The notes beneath the pieces are model-generated. The model was not told the origin of the DNA. It was given only the letters and a program-made list of their open reading frames with translations, and made no database searches. Below, piece by piece: positions 24,943 through 45,700 of a DNA stretch of 64,000 nucleotides. Source of the DNA: Lingula anatina (lineage: Eukaryota; Animalia; Brachiopoda). How positions within the stretch are numbered: position 1 is the stretch's first letter; every line of letters starts with the position of its first letter. The DNA lies in the NCBI GenBank assembly GCA_051362555.1, contig CM120646.1:7688001-7752000 (forward strand), given 5' to 3'. Position numbers and translations under genes: made by a program.

Positions 24943-25593
24943 TTACAGCCAGGTAGTTTCTAATAGCACCGATGTCTCTGATGTTAAATATACATGATTG
25001 AGTGTTATTAGATATTTAGAGAGAGTGGAATCAAAGTAGACACCCAGATTTTTCACGTGTGGTAATGGGTTCACAACACTGGTGCCTACTGGTAGCTCAA
25101 GTTGTAGATTATGTGCTAATTGCTTGTTATATGGTTGTGTAATTAATAAAAGCTCTGTCATTCCGTCATTAATTGTCAGTTTGTTTTTGATGAGCCAGGC
25201 GTATGTCACACCAAGTATAGATCTGAGTATCATCAGCGTACATGTGGTATCCAAGTTTGTGATGACGTCAGATGGCACCAAGTTGCAGGGTATCAATGGA
25301 AACCAAAAGTGCCCCAAGAACACTGCCTTGGGGCACCCAAAAACAAGTTGTGAAAGATGAGAAAGTATGCCATTTACTGAAATTTGCTGTGACCTCCCAG
25401 TGAGGTATGATCGAAGAAACGCAATGGCACTATCTTTGACACCAACACTATCCTCAAGAAAAGTTAAAAATATACTGTGATCTACAGTATCGAAGGCGGC
25501 TGAGAGGTCTAGTAACACAAGTAGCATAGCAGGTTTAGAGTTGCTGTCAATGCCCATGAGCAGGTCATTTTCAATCCTCAGAAGAGCTGACAT
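24943..25593 (-). pseudogene. L2/CR1-group LINE reverse-transcriptase fragment
   Basis: ALLRIENDLL..LVLLDLSAAFDTVDH..FLRSYLTGRSQQISVNG; YHMYADDTQIY lies in another frame (frameshift); VKNLGVYFDS. Confidence 0.92.
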
Positions 25594-28004
25594 CCATGGC
25601 TACCATTTAACATGAATAGGATTAATCTCGCTTGTGGTACAATATCTGGCGTAGATATCGCCGCTGTGATCTTCTAGTTGTCTCATATCTGTACTGTATT
25701 AAAATTAATAACCCATATTATGCAGTTGTGCGACCCCCCCCCCCCCCCCCCCAACATGTCACGTTTTACTAATCACAAATATACATACAAATAACTCATG
25801 TCGAGAGACAGGAAGTTTTACATGAGCCTTCATCGAAGTATCCACTTCATCCAAGTATCCACTTCTGCAAAACCACTTCTGCAACCGCTTGTTTTTTCCG
25901 TGTTTTTTTCCTCTCGTTGTCTGAGGTCGTTTTCGAAAGTGTTCACACGTGAGTGTGATTTTTCTTTTTTTTTTTTTACTGAACTACTGTAACTAAACAA
26001 TATGTTTTGTTGACGTTGTGGTTAGGAAGATATCATACTATTTACAGAAAATAACACGATGAAGCAATCTTGCACACATACAAGTACGTTAAGGTAACCT
26101 CACTGATGTGTCAGAGTCGATTTAAGGGGATTCGATACGTTAAAATTTTATCCCTTATCCATTTAGAAAATGCCGAAATAAACATGGTCATCTTTTGAGA
26201 TAATAATGTCACATCAAATATACATCAAGTTGTATTTGCTACTATTTTTGGGTTGAAAAATAAAATGTCGATTTCAGTTAACTTATCTTCTTTAAGCGAA
26301 CATCTATCAATACATTTCTAACGCCTATTTAATCCTAACAATATGTACTTCAATCTAGTGCCAGGACGTTTTCGTAAAGGGCTTACTATTGATTTCAATA
26401 AAATAAATAATATGTCTTTACTTAATGGATCATCGTGGTTAGGCGATCATTTCATCCAAACAAAAATATGTAATCAAACGGTGGTACCAGATTGCAGCGC
26501 TCAGCCTACATGTCCATCTTGTCAGTTTTCATGTTAATGTTTTATTTAGTTTCAGAGTTGGGTCGAAAACAGATCTCTACCTCACGCCAACTTAAGTACA
26601 TGTACCAAGCAGAAAAACTAACGATAAACGCTTGGCCACATATGTGTGGAGACCAGTGCGGTGGTGAATTAAGCAACAAAATAGGAAATTAATAACCCTT
26701 GAATAGCCCTTAAGTGATAACTTTCATTGCTTTGATATAACGAAAAGGAAACATGGGAACATGAAACATGAAAAAGGGGACATGAAAAAAATTCCCCATG
26801 TAGGCCTTGTTTACGAATACGCATTTTCAAATCTTCATGTTGTGTTGGGTTAGGATTTCAATTAAATGTTTTGATAAGACAGTATTTTCAATCGATCGAA
26901 ATAGTTTAAGAAAGTGTAAACCCTAATATGCAAAGGGATACTTTAATTTAAAATTATTAAAATCCAAATTGATCATTATTATATTAATCAGTGTTTCAAA
27001 AATAAAAATGCAAAAAAAGGTGAGGGGGTGACATAAACGATACAATATAGTAAAGATAATTGGAGAACAAACGAAGAGGAAATGATGTTTGAAAGTGAGA
27101 ACAACGCAAATGCTGGCACAATCTTTCTTAAAACATGCCCAGGGACGGTAAAAAAGACAGACAATGCTTTGTTTGAGCCCTGGTATCTCTTTTGGCAAGA
27201 AAGATCAATGTACAAGTGTTTTGATATTAATGGTTTCTTCAGAGAAATGAAACAGAAAACAAAATTCTTCTCACGAGGTTGCGGTAACTGATAAGCAGAA
27301 TTTCCTTTTCGATGTTTTCATTTAGAATCACATGACAGACTGTGTGAGGATGTAGTATTGTCATCTCCAGTGTGCTCCTCCAAACTACAGGGTGTCTAAA
27401 AATACCATCATTTCACGGTTCGTAAAACCTGCAACTTTTATATCTGTACGTAGTACCGGTATGTTAAACTGTCTCCAATGACAAAACAAGGTGTTTTAGC
27501 GAAAACCAAGTCGTGTCCAGCCGATTCCGCCAAAAACAGTTTCTGAAAGAAAGGTCCATTAGTTAAATCAGTAAGTCACTGGCGTATTTTATTTTTAAAA
27601 ATCAGTTTTTAAATCATTGTAAAGACACGTCTGATCAAGAGAAAAGACACTTCACCTGAAAGTCACAGATGTATTACAACACTGCATTGAAAATCTAGAG
27701 CACAATTACGTTTGCAGAAGAAAAATGTGAACAAATTGTAGGTCTATGAAAACTTAAAGTTACATGTTTTGCGAACCGAATTATCGGTGGCATTATTTTG
27801 GGTTTACCCTGTATTTGCAACTTTGTGGACATCCTGTTGCTGTAGAGTAAGTGGAAATGTGGCTTGCAGATGATCAAACAACGGTTCAAGCGCACAAGGG
27901 TGAAGAATTGCCAAATTTGGTTGCTGTCCTGGCGTCCCAGGAGGGCTAGTAGAAACGTTGCGAATGAGATGTTGACAAGACAATTATCTGTGATCATCGG
28001 TGCG

Positions 28005-35919
<7,915 letters not shown>

Positions 35920-36168
35920 GTCGTCTTGACTAAAACGCTTCCTCCGGAATGAGAGACTATTTCCAAGTCAGTTGCATTGAATACATGGTCTTTATATGGA
36001 TCAAGACACACTGGGCTTACTTATTTCTTGTTAGAACAATACACCCTTGTACAGATATAGCCGATTAAAAAACCTACGATTGAGGACTTAGCTACCAACT
36101 GAAATGATTGTGCAGCACTATATAAAAAAAATTCTTACTCAAGAGTTTCACGCTGTTTTAACCTGTAG

Positions 36169-36170
<2 letters not shown>

Positions 36171-36222
<52 letters not shown>
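36171..36222. repeat. (AT)n microsatellite; a second tract at 36279-36300
   Basis: Seen directly. Confidence 0.95.
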
Positions 36223-36224
<2 letters not shown>

Positions 36225-36927
36225 CAAAGTCGCCAAACCCCGCTGTATTATCAAAGCGTGCGAAATAAAAAAAAAAAAATATATATATATATATATATAT
36301 GCCCTTGCTGCGTCTAGCGCTAAGCTTCTGTCATTTTACTCGACAAGAAATGAGAAACCATGCAGCATATATCTTCTCCGCCCAGAGTTAAACAGGATTA
36401 ATAACAGGCATCAATGGCTAATACCGTATGCACATGTAGGTGGATTAATATTCGACTAGTCAATGCTGCTTTTATACTTGCCAAACCCAAATCAAATTTT
36501 AGTATTTTACCTTAATAAATATCAGAATGGTAATTTCAGATGATTTACTGGAGCACAGAAGTATGACGTGGCTGAGGCTTTAAGGTAGTCATTTACTTAA
36601 TTGCGTTTTTGCAATAAAAGGATAGAATTACACTGCAGTTGTTTATACTTCCTGTTTTATTTACATCGACATATTTTAGTAAATTTATAGCGTAAATCGA
36701 AACTGAAATAGTTACTCATATAATTACACTTTCCTGATCCGTAGCCGAAGTGGGGGAGGTACGGGGGGGGGGGGGGAGGGGGGGTCGAACGAACCGCCCT
36801 TTTTGCCAGGAAAAGGTCTGCTCTGGGTAGAAAATTGATTAAGATGGTTTCATGGTAAAGGGTCCATTTTTTTCAGGAAAAAGACCGCCATCCTTGAAAT
36901 TGTTGGCTATGGACCTGTCTTAAGTGA

Positions 36928-37030
36928 TTGTACTCTTATCTAATGTAGTAAAATTATATTTTTCTTTTGCACGCGTCTTTTGTACTCTTATCTAATGTAG
37001 TAAAGTTATATTTTTCTTTTGCACGCGTGT
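36928..37030. repeat. Tandem duplication of ~52 bp
   Basis: ttgtactcttatctaatgtagtaaa(a/g)ttatatttttcttttgcacgcgt occurs twice. Confidence 0.9.
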
Positions 37031-37146
37031 TTTGGTTCTCAGAGGCTCGCACTAAATATGCCATCATTTATTATGCTTTTTTGATCACATTGTGTCGAAA
37101 TTCATCACGATTTCCTGATCTTCGGTAACTGGACGTTTTTTCGCAG

Positions 37147-38737
37147 TCATTTACAAGGTTTGTCCACTGTATGTATTCTCTGGTGGGTTTTACGTGCGCT
37201 CAACTGGACAAATGCCATGTCACAAAATCTACATTTATAAGGTCTGTCCCCTTTATGAATGCGCTCATGGATAATGAGATTATTATTACTTGAAAAAGTC
37301 TTTCCACAAAAGCTACATGCAAACGGCGGGACTTCCAAGTGAATATTCTCGTGATTTTTAAGCGCGTCTTTGGTGATAAACGTCTTATTACAATGCTTAC
37401 ACGCGTGCGTAATTGGTATGAATGCTCTCGTGGCGGGCCAACTGGTGCTTCAAAGCAAACGATTTCTCACAAAATTGACAGGAGTGTGTCCTTTCACCAT
37501 TATGGACGGACATGTGCCGCTTCAAATGTGCCTTTTGTTTAAACTCCCTAACACATACCTCGCACTTGTATACGTCTACGTGCCCAGTTAGTCCACCGTG
37601 GACGGTTCTTATATGCCGCCTTATGTGCGAGTTCTGAATAAAACGTTTCTCGCAGTACGTGCACTTATACGGTCTCTGTCCCGTGTGGCTGCGCATGTGC
37701 ACTAACATCTCGTGTCTCCTAGGAAACACTTTATCACATGACTTACACGAGAACGAATCTTCACCCGTGTGCGTTCTCTCGTGGACTTGACGATACTTAT
37801 TGACAGCAAAGCGTTTGTTACAATATCCGCACACATAAGGTCTTTTCCCAGTGTGGGTACTTTCGTGATTCTGAAGACCGGATTTTTTCACAAAAAGTCT
37901 GTTGCAAAATTGGCACTCGTGGGGGTGGCTCTTTCCGCTGTGCACTCTCTGGTGCAATTTATAATCCTGTTCTCTTGCAAACTTTTCCTGGCAGTTTTGA
38001 CAAGTAAAAATCTTTATGTCGTTTTCTTCAATGTTTGCGTGTATTTCGCTGTCTGCCTTTTTGAACGTTGCATTTAATACCTCAGGGTAGATATTAACCT
38101 CTTCCTTTATTACCGTGACCTCATCTATAATATTATTCGCAGCGTCTTGTCCTAATGAAGTATCACTGTTTAAAGCTGGCCACGCAAAACTCACGTTAAT
38201 ATTACTATGAACCTCCTTTGTAGACGGTTTTATAAATTGTAGCGAACTCTGTTTTTGAATTTGTTCAGGATGACAATCTGCATAAGAATGCTTGCGACTG
38301 CGTGGAGGAGGGCACTTCAAGAGTGACCCATTTACAGCGATGATCGTTTTGGACGTCAGATCATCGGGACAGAAATCTCTTTTTTCCCCACATGAACCTC
38401 CACTTTCCCCGTCCCTGGTCGCGCTCTCACTCTCATGAGACTTAATACAACGACCACACCGAGCAGGCCTTGAAGTGCAGTTTTTTTCATTTTCGGCATC
38501 AGTGAAAACTACAACAAGTTTGCCGCAGACTTTACAATTTTTCTGCGGAATACGTACATCCCCTATTAAATGTACTGCTGTGGGGCGAATGTGGCGTAGC
38601 ATAGCTGTTTTGACCCTAATAAGCGACTCACATTCATTAGGGCTAGATATTAATAGCATACATGTTAGTTTCAAGGCCTCAATGCCGTCATCACAAGTGG
38701 TCTTATTCCAATTACATTTTCCAGTTTCGTCCCTCAA
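37147..38737 (-). CDS. C2H2 zinc-finger protein (7 fingers in frame, 3 more after a frameshift near 37410); 5' end uncertain
   Basis: Repeated CxxC..HxxxH with HTGKRPY/HTGQRPY linkers. The downstream frame reads HACKHCNKTF..HENIH, FACSFCGKTF..HERIH and YKCRFCDMAF..HQRIH. Confidence 0.88.
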
Positions 38738-39694
38738 ACAAGTCTCCGAGAAGTGAAAACGAATTGTTAAAAAAATATGCGTACTGAAGGATTTTGACAG
38801 AAATGACCTGTGACGTATTCATTTAGTGTTTGTTCTCTTGTGGTGGCGTCTTTATCCATAGAACATAGCCAGAAGCACCACAAAACCTCGTCAGTAGAAA
38901 CCTAATCTCTGTTTTGTCTTTCACGTGAATATACATGTATCTAGAAGCCTAGGAACGAACGATGGTAGTTTCGTAACCCCAGGATTATCCAAAACCCTTG
39001 CACAACATTTAGTGTCTATCTTGTCTAGGTTTTCATCTTTGTTTACTTACTGGTGCGACTACAGAAAGCCACTTGTCTTTATCTGCCACATGTTAATCTT
39101 GTTGTATGTTTCCTTTTCATGTTTCTCGGATAAAATTCTACAGGATAAAATTATTTTCTGTACCATGTTCCGACATTTTCATTATGAATGCCTCGTACTG
39201 GGTATCTGACATTCATTTTTCTCGATGAACAGTAAGTCCACTGTCCAAGTTGATGGTTGGTTGTTTATTCTAGTACCTAAAGTCCATCCTGTCTGTAATA
39301 ATTTTTCTTCCTTGGCCTAAGATCCATGTGCCATCTTCCACTGGAAATACAATAAAAATATACCCGAGATATATTTAGAAAAGCGGTGCATATCAAGTTA
39401 TATGTGTAGGCCTACTCTGAGGCGGTGGAAAAGGCAGCGAATACAATATGAGTCATCCACGTGGAAAGCTTGAATGATATAGGTTAATTATATATGTTGG
39501 AATGATAAGGTAATAAATGGCATCCGCTTGCACTTCGCACTCGTGTACATGTATGTGCCGCATACAGCTCGCTGACTCGTGATTTGCATGTATCTATTCG
39601 AATATCAAAATAATCAAGTGTAACTTGATGACAAGACACAGTCGATAAGCCTGATGTTTATCTGAGTGGAGTACCTTTGTTTCCCATAAGTTTA

Positions 39695-39696
<2 letters not shown>

Positions 39697-39736
<40 letters not shown>
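39697..39736. repeat. (TG)n microsatellite
   Basis: Seen directly. Confidence 0.95.
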
Positions 39737-39737
<1 letters not shown>

Positions 39738-41368
39738 GCTGACATGTGCACGCCGCTGCCACAATCTTAATGTGACGTTAGGGTCCAGGCAGTGGGGGAA
39801 AATTACGAGGCTGCATTAAAGTCAAATCCATGTTACTTTCGTTGAAAATCTGCATGAAATACAAAGCGTGATCACAGTCGTGCGTAAATGAATGCGTTTC
39901 AAGCACGCATACACAGCTAGACGTGATCATAAAAATGTCTGATAACAAATATGTGTAAGAACAGTCTCCAATATGCGCCACACAAATTGACATTTGATCG
40001 TTTTAGATTGTTTTTCGTGCCCCAGCTACGGTACAACCGTTTTACGGTGTTGCCTGTGGAAAGTTAACCTTTTATGCCACACTTAAGTACTCTGTAATCT
40101 TCAAACAACCCATATGAAGAACATTCTAAGGCTCGACTCCCAGCTAGATGCTCCAAGTGACAGGTGAAAGGCCGGTAGAATGCACAAGTCTATATAGGGA
40201 TCAAGGTTAAGAGTTGGTTATTTATGAAGTGTATCGTCATTATTTATGTCATTTATTCAAAATTTAATGAAGACGGAGTGCCTAACTGACTACGAGAATA
40301 TCCGTCTTTGTATGTCAACACTTACGTGGTGTAATCGTCTTTTTTTTTTTTAACGATGGTTCTATGGCTGGATATGGCTACATCTAACTACTCGGTGTTA
40401 TGCAGACACTGACAGGAAATAAATGCATAGGTCTATTTATATATATGCTAGGTACATGTAACAGATATATAGGCTCCAGACGCTGTTAACCTGGTTATAT
40501 AATATAACCAGCTACCATCCCAAACAGCAGGAGAATATGCAGATTACAACGTAGCGCTCCTTCTAGCCAACGTGTACAAGTTGACTTGGTTGTATTCCCC
40601 ACAGACATAAATTAATAGGTCTACTTTTTACAGAAAAGGTAATTTGGAGATGAAAATACTTCTCACCTTCTCTTGAAGTCACTAATACTCCTTTTCATCA
40701 ATGTGTGCCCTCATACTCTACCTCACACTCTACGGGGCATCAGGTTGATTTGTCAGCTGTTTCAAGTGTTTATATCAGCAAATGCCAGAGTGCACTCTGA
40801 TTAGTTCCACGCGGGAATGTGCACGCTCCATAAACTGTCTGTATCTGCAAATTTACCTTTTGTATTCTAACCATTACATGACACCAAATATTTACCAAAT
40901 AATATGCACACAGCATTGTTTGTGAGTCTTAGGAGACAGCCATTTATTTTATACATCTGTTTTTGCATGATGTTATCTTGGGGAATTAGGTTAATTCCAT
41001 GCTATATAAAACACCGTTAGTATGATGTGGACCGTTTTGTCCTGACTTAAGGTTTTCACTACCCTGAGTGTCAGAGCAACGTAAAAGCTAGCTTGCTAAA
41101 TATACCTTGTGGTGGAGTCGCTTTTACTATTGCTACTGGTATTGCTACTATGGGTTATATATGAAATCAAGATCGAGCTGGCAATACCGGAATCTAGAAC
41201 CTAGGGTAGGTTTTCACATAGCCTATCGGGTATACAAACGAACACCAGTAGGGAAGAGCCCGGGGAATTAAATAAATGTACCTCATTTGATGGTGATCCA
41301 GTGTTTGTTTCTATTTTATTTGGATTTGTATCGTGTATTTTCCGACTTTCTGTCTCAGAAATCTCTAT

Positions 41369-41535
41369 TAGTGCATGGATCCAGATACATTTTCTGACAG
41401 TCTTCCAAAGTATCTTTGTAAATCCAACCTCTATTATTGACCGTCTTCCGACAAAAAAATTAGATACCCATCAATGTAAACTTGAAAATCTGACCGTCTA
41501 CCGGAAGACCCAGAAGACAGCCTCAATCCGCCCCT
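41369..41535. mobile_element. Second, more diverged copy of the 29658-29825 MITE
   Basis: Shares ttttctgacagtcttccaaa...ttagataccc..aatgtaaacttgaaaatctgaccgtc..aatccgcccctg. Confidence 0.85.
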
Positions 41536-42786
41536 GGTATAGGCCTATATACTTCCACGATTAGCAGCAACCTATGGGGGGTACAAGTACATGTATATAC
41601 CCCCCCCCCCCCCCCCATAAAATAAAATTCGTTTATAAATTATATTTATTAACAAATTTTGATCGCGACTTTTGCTTTATGGTAGACTACCCGTAGTGTG
41701 GTATTCTAAATTAAGTCATCATTATGTTATGTTCATTCACCCATCAAGGTAACAGCCAGGCGTGGTATGAGGGAAGAATCGACTACGCTACATTTACATG
41801 TACCTCTGTAGGCTACATGCACTAGTACATGCAAGATTTTGGACTGAACATACGTAAGCGGGCCTAAATATAAGCGAAATTAAATATAACAATTGGATAA
41901 TAAATGAATTGATCGTCCCAAGTTTTGGATTATCTTTACTTTAGGATTTACTGTGTTCTTCTAGTCCACGATAGTACTACTATATGTCATCAAACCGATA
42001 ATGTCATTTTGGGGTAAAATTTGCAAAATCAGTTTTTCAAAGTTCTCCCTTAGCTGAGCACCCGCGAACACCGATCCAAAGTCAATTAAAAACAGTAGTT
42101 AGTCTTTCAAAACCCTCCAGTGTTTTTATAAGAAGCCTTAGTTCAAATGTAATCGTTAATAAAGCAAAATAATGCATTTGTTCGATGAAAATCTGCAGAA
42201 TGGCGGCACAGGATTACATACAGCCCATACGAGTACACTTTTAGAGATAAGATTATGTTCAGAGATGGAATCACGCCCCATACCGATTACTATCTCACCT
42301 CAAATTAGGAAGGTGTTAAATGAACGATCAACGCTCCTAGGAGCCTATGCTTATGCTTAGCAACGTTAAATATAAATGCCGATGTTTTATATTTCTAAGG
42401 GGATATTTTTTTAATCAGCAAAGAAGTAGATATATTACTGAATTTCCGGACTTTGGCGATTATAAACCCTGTCAGTACCCTTAAAGCTGTATGTAACTGT
42501 AGAAGTATATTTCTGATCTCACATATCACCAAATACAGGTACGGTACTGGTACATATATAGGCCATAATGAGATATTCTACTATGAGGTTAACAGGGCGT
42601 CAATTCGTTGCTTCCGCAATTCAAGAATTTCATTTTGTAAAGAGATTGCCACAACAGTCATCGAGGAATAATTAGCCTCACAGCAACAAAGTGTATGTAA
42701 TGAGTGCGCCACTGGCACGTCAGCGCATGCGCACCTGTAAAGAAAATTGACAAGTGATCTTGAGCCGTCCACTGCAGAAGAGGAAA

Positions 42787-45700
42787 ATGGACCAGTGTCG
42801 GGGGACTCTAGTGCTCATTCTTTGTTTGTTTTATTCCGGAGGTAAGTAAGCTTCTGATACAATATACGCTTCCACAGAGGGATAAAGATATGACAAAAAA
42901 ATCTATTTTAGAAAACCGATGTAGGAATGTTAACAGAAAAGTTACGGTTTAAGAAAGAGGCCGCGTGAATGAATGGTAGCTTCCTGACATAATTTTCACA
43001 GGTATTCTCTAAAGCGTGTGTGTAATTTGCGTAATGCTTTTGTGTGCTAAGATTAAACATGTATACACCAATCGGATGGTTATTCTTCGCTTGTATATTT
43101 GTACCTTAAACCTTTATCAAGCCCCGTAGTGTTTTATGCACTGGGAACATACACAATTGTCGCGGGCATGTTACATATGCCTTAAGAGTTATTCAGTTGT
43201 TCTAAGATTTTGATCAAGGTATTTGTTTTTTCTCAACTTCATAAATTCACATGAACCTAAATGTATCCCCTTAATCAAAAGATATCAAGCTTAACATTAT
43301 GAACAAAGAAGTGTTGGTTGGCAGGATTGAAAAAATGCTAGGCTAAGCTAGCCTCCTGCGGGTTAAACGTCAAAATCGATCCCAATTATTTTCAGCCCGG
43401 TAAAAAATATACGACTCATTGCCTTTAATCGTTTTATTTGTTTTGGGAACCCTCACAGAGAGTCCTAGGAAGTGTGCAAAATGTAATCATGCAAAATGCA
43501 AAGCAAATCATTGAAACTTATATACACGTGACTGTTCATAAGAACAATAGCTGGACTTTGTTCTCAAGCGATTGTTCCCATACGTTTGTTGTTGTAATAA
43601 TACAAAAATGATCAGTTTAATAGGTTAACTGTTTATTATCATCCATGCCAAAATTATCGGGTCAAGTCCCAAAATTATTCCTAAAACCTTATTTTCAAGC
43701 CCAAAACACCTCTACACCTTCGCCCCATGTGCCACGCGGGTAGTTATCGTTTTTGACAACCCGTCATAACCGCTTTGTTAATAAACACAGAAGCGTGGAT
43801 GTGAGCACGTAGCAAAGTGAAGGTATTTTTTCAACGAAGCAAGGGAAAGTGCAACTATTGAACCAAGAACTTGGAGCAAAAAGAACCGAAAAAGGAAAAG
43901 TAATAACATAACATGTTTTAAATTATGTTTTCAAATTCATTAAGATGAGTAATTTAATAAGAAGTAATAATGTTGATGCTTATATGCCCCGAGGTGTCTG
44001 GTGAATTACATCAATTCCGATGCTCCTACATGATCTATTTAATCAACGCAAGTTGAAAATTAAGTTGGCGTTGACTGTCAGTTCAAACGTTTCAACGTAA
44101 AATGCTAGAATATCGATGAGAAAGGTATCCGTTTCATCCAGTTGTTGATTTATCCTGGATAAAAGCAAACTTAAATCTTACAGCGACCTCATACTTGTTA
44201 TTTTTTATTGAGACGGACCCCTTGTCTTATACAAATCGGGTTGCTGAGATGATTTTTTTCTTACCAAGGGAGTATACATTAAAAAAGATGTTAATTGGTC
44301 ACGAGAGATAAACAATTGAATGTAAATTCCTTCAGTGTGAGTTAAATGTTGTCCAAGTATGAATAGAAAACACGCTGATAGTGGTTAAAATCAAATCACC
44401 ATACTGTTGAGTCAGCACTGATCCATGTACCATATAAACCACAGTGATCTGTATGCTGTTATACAAGCGATTCCAGTTCCACCCATTGAATAATATAGGT
44501 CGTGTCTTAGAATAAGGACCACTGTAGTAGCTGCCATGCGCAATTAGATGCAATTTAAGTTCCACTGGCTTGCTGTGCATTGGGATTTTTTTTTTTTCAA
44601 AATAACTATAACGCTATTACTCGTTAAATTGATATGCATGTGTTCAATGACTGCGTTTGACTGATTTGGACATTATCAACGCCCTTGCAAAATGTCCCCG
44701 TTTAAAATCTCTTATGAGAATAGTCTCCACCACCAATTGTATACATGTAAATGGTTTCTCACCATGCACTGAACCATATGCAGATAAGAATATAATCCCC
44801 ATCGCTTGTTTAAGGCTCTGTTCTCACAACTTTTAGATCGATCTATCACCGCGGGGAGTCTCAGTAGATTACTGTCAGATAATCCGCCTTAACTGTCCGT
44901 CCCCGCCTACTACAAGCTATAAGGGGTAATTAACTTTCGTGTCCGCCCGGCTGACAGCTATTTAGCGTGAACCCCCAGGGAGTTAGGTCGATCCAATGTA
45001 GGTCGATCTAATCTATGAGAATGGGGTGTAAGGGTCTATTCCCACAACTTTAGATCGATCTATCACCGCAGGGAGTCTCACCAGATTACTGTCAGATAAT
45101 CCCCCTTAAGTGTCCGTCCCCGCCTACTACAAGCTGCAAGTGGTAATTAACTTTCGTGTCCGCCCGGCTGACAGCTATTTAGCGTGAACCCCCAGGGAGT
45201 TAGGTCGATCTAAAGTAGGTCGATCTAATCTATGGAAATGGGGTGTAACTCTACTTTTTGACATCTAATCTACTTGTATGTACTCCACCATAGCCTCCCT
45301 GCCTTTTCTTTTTTAGTACAATTCAACCCACTTATTTTTGCTTATACATTTATGAAATATATCTATCCTCTTTTTTTCAGCCGACGGTCTTAATATATCT
45401 TTGGAACACCCTTGGAACGCGTCTTTAATCTTCGAGACGGGGGCCACCGCCAGTATTGCGTGCTCCTATACCCTCGACATCACCGAGTATCCGTTGAGTC
45501 TTGAATGGTACAGAGTCCCCAAATGGAAGGCAGATGTCGTTCCAGAGAAACTGTACAGGTTTTCCTTCATAAGTGATCGAGAGTACAAATTTGCTGAATT
45601 CGACACCCGCCCGGGTGTTATTATTTTGAATGACCGGGATGCTAACAGGTAAAGTGTGCAGAAAATAAAATTGTCAGCTTTGTTGATTTTGACTTTATGG

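Noticed and set aside
38738-39345. Possible upstream coding extension of the zinc-finger gene
   Set aside because: Coding-like composition and an acceptor-like site near 39342, but stops interrupt the frames I read and no domain is recognisable.
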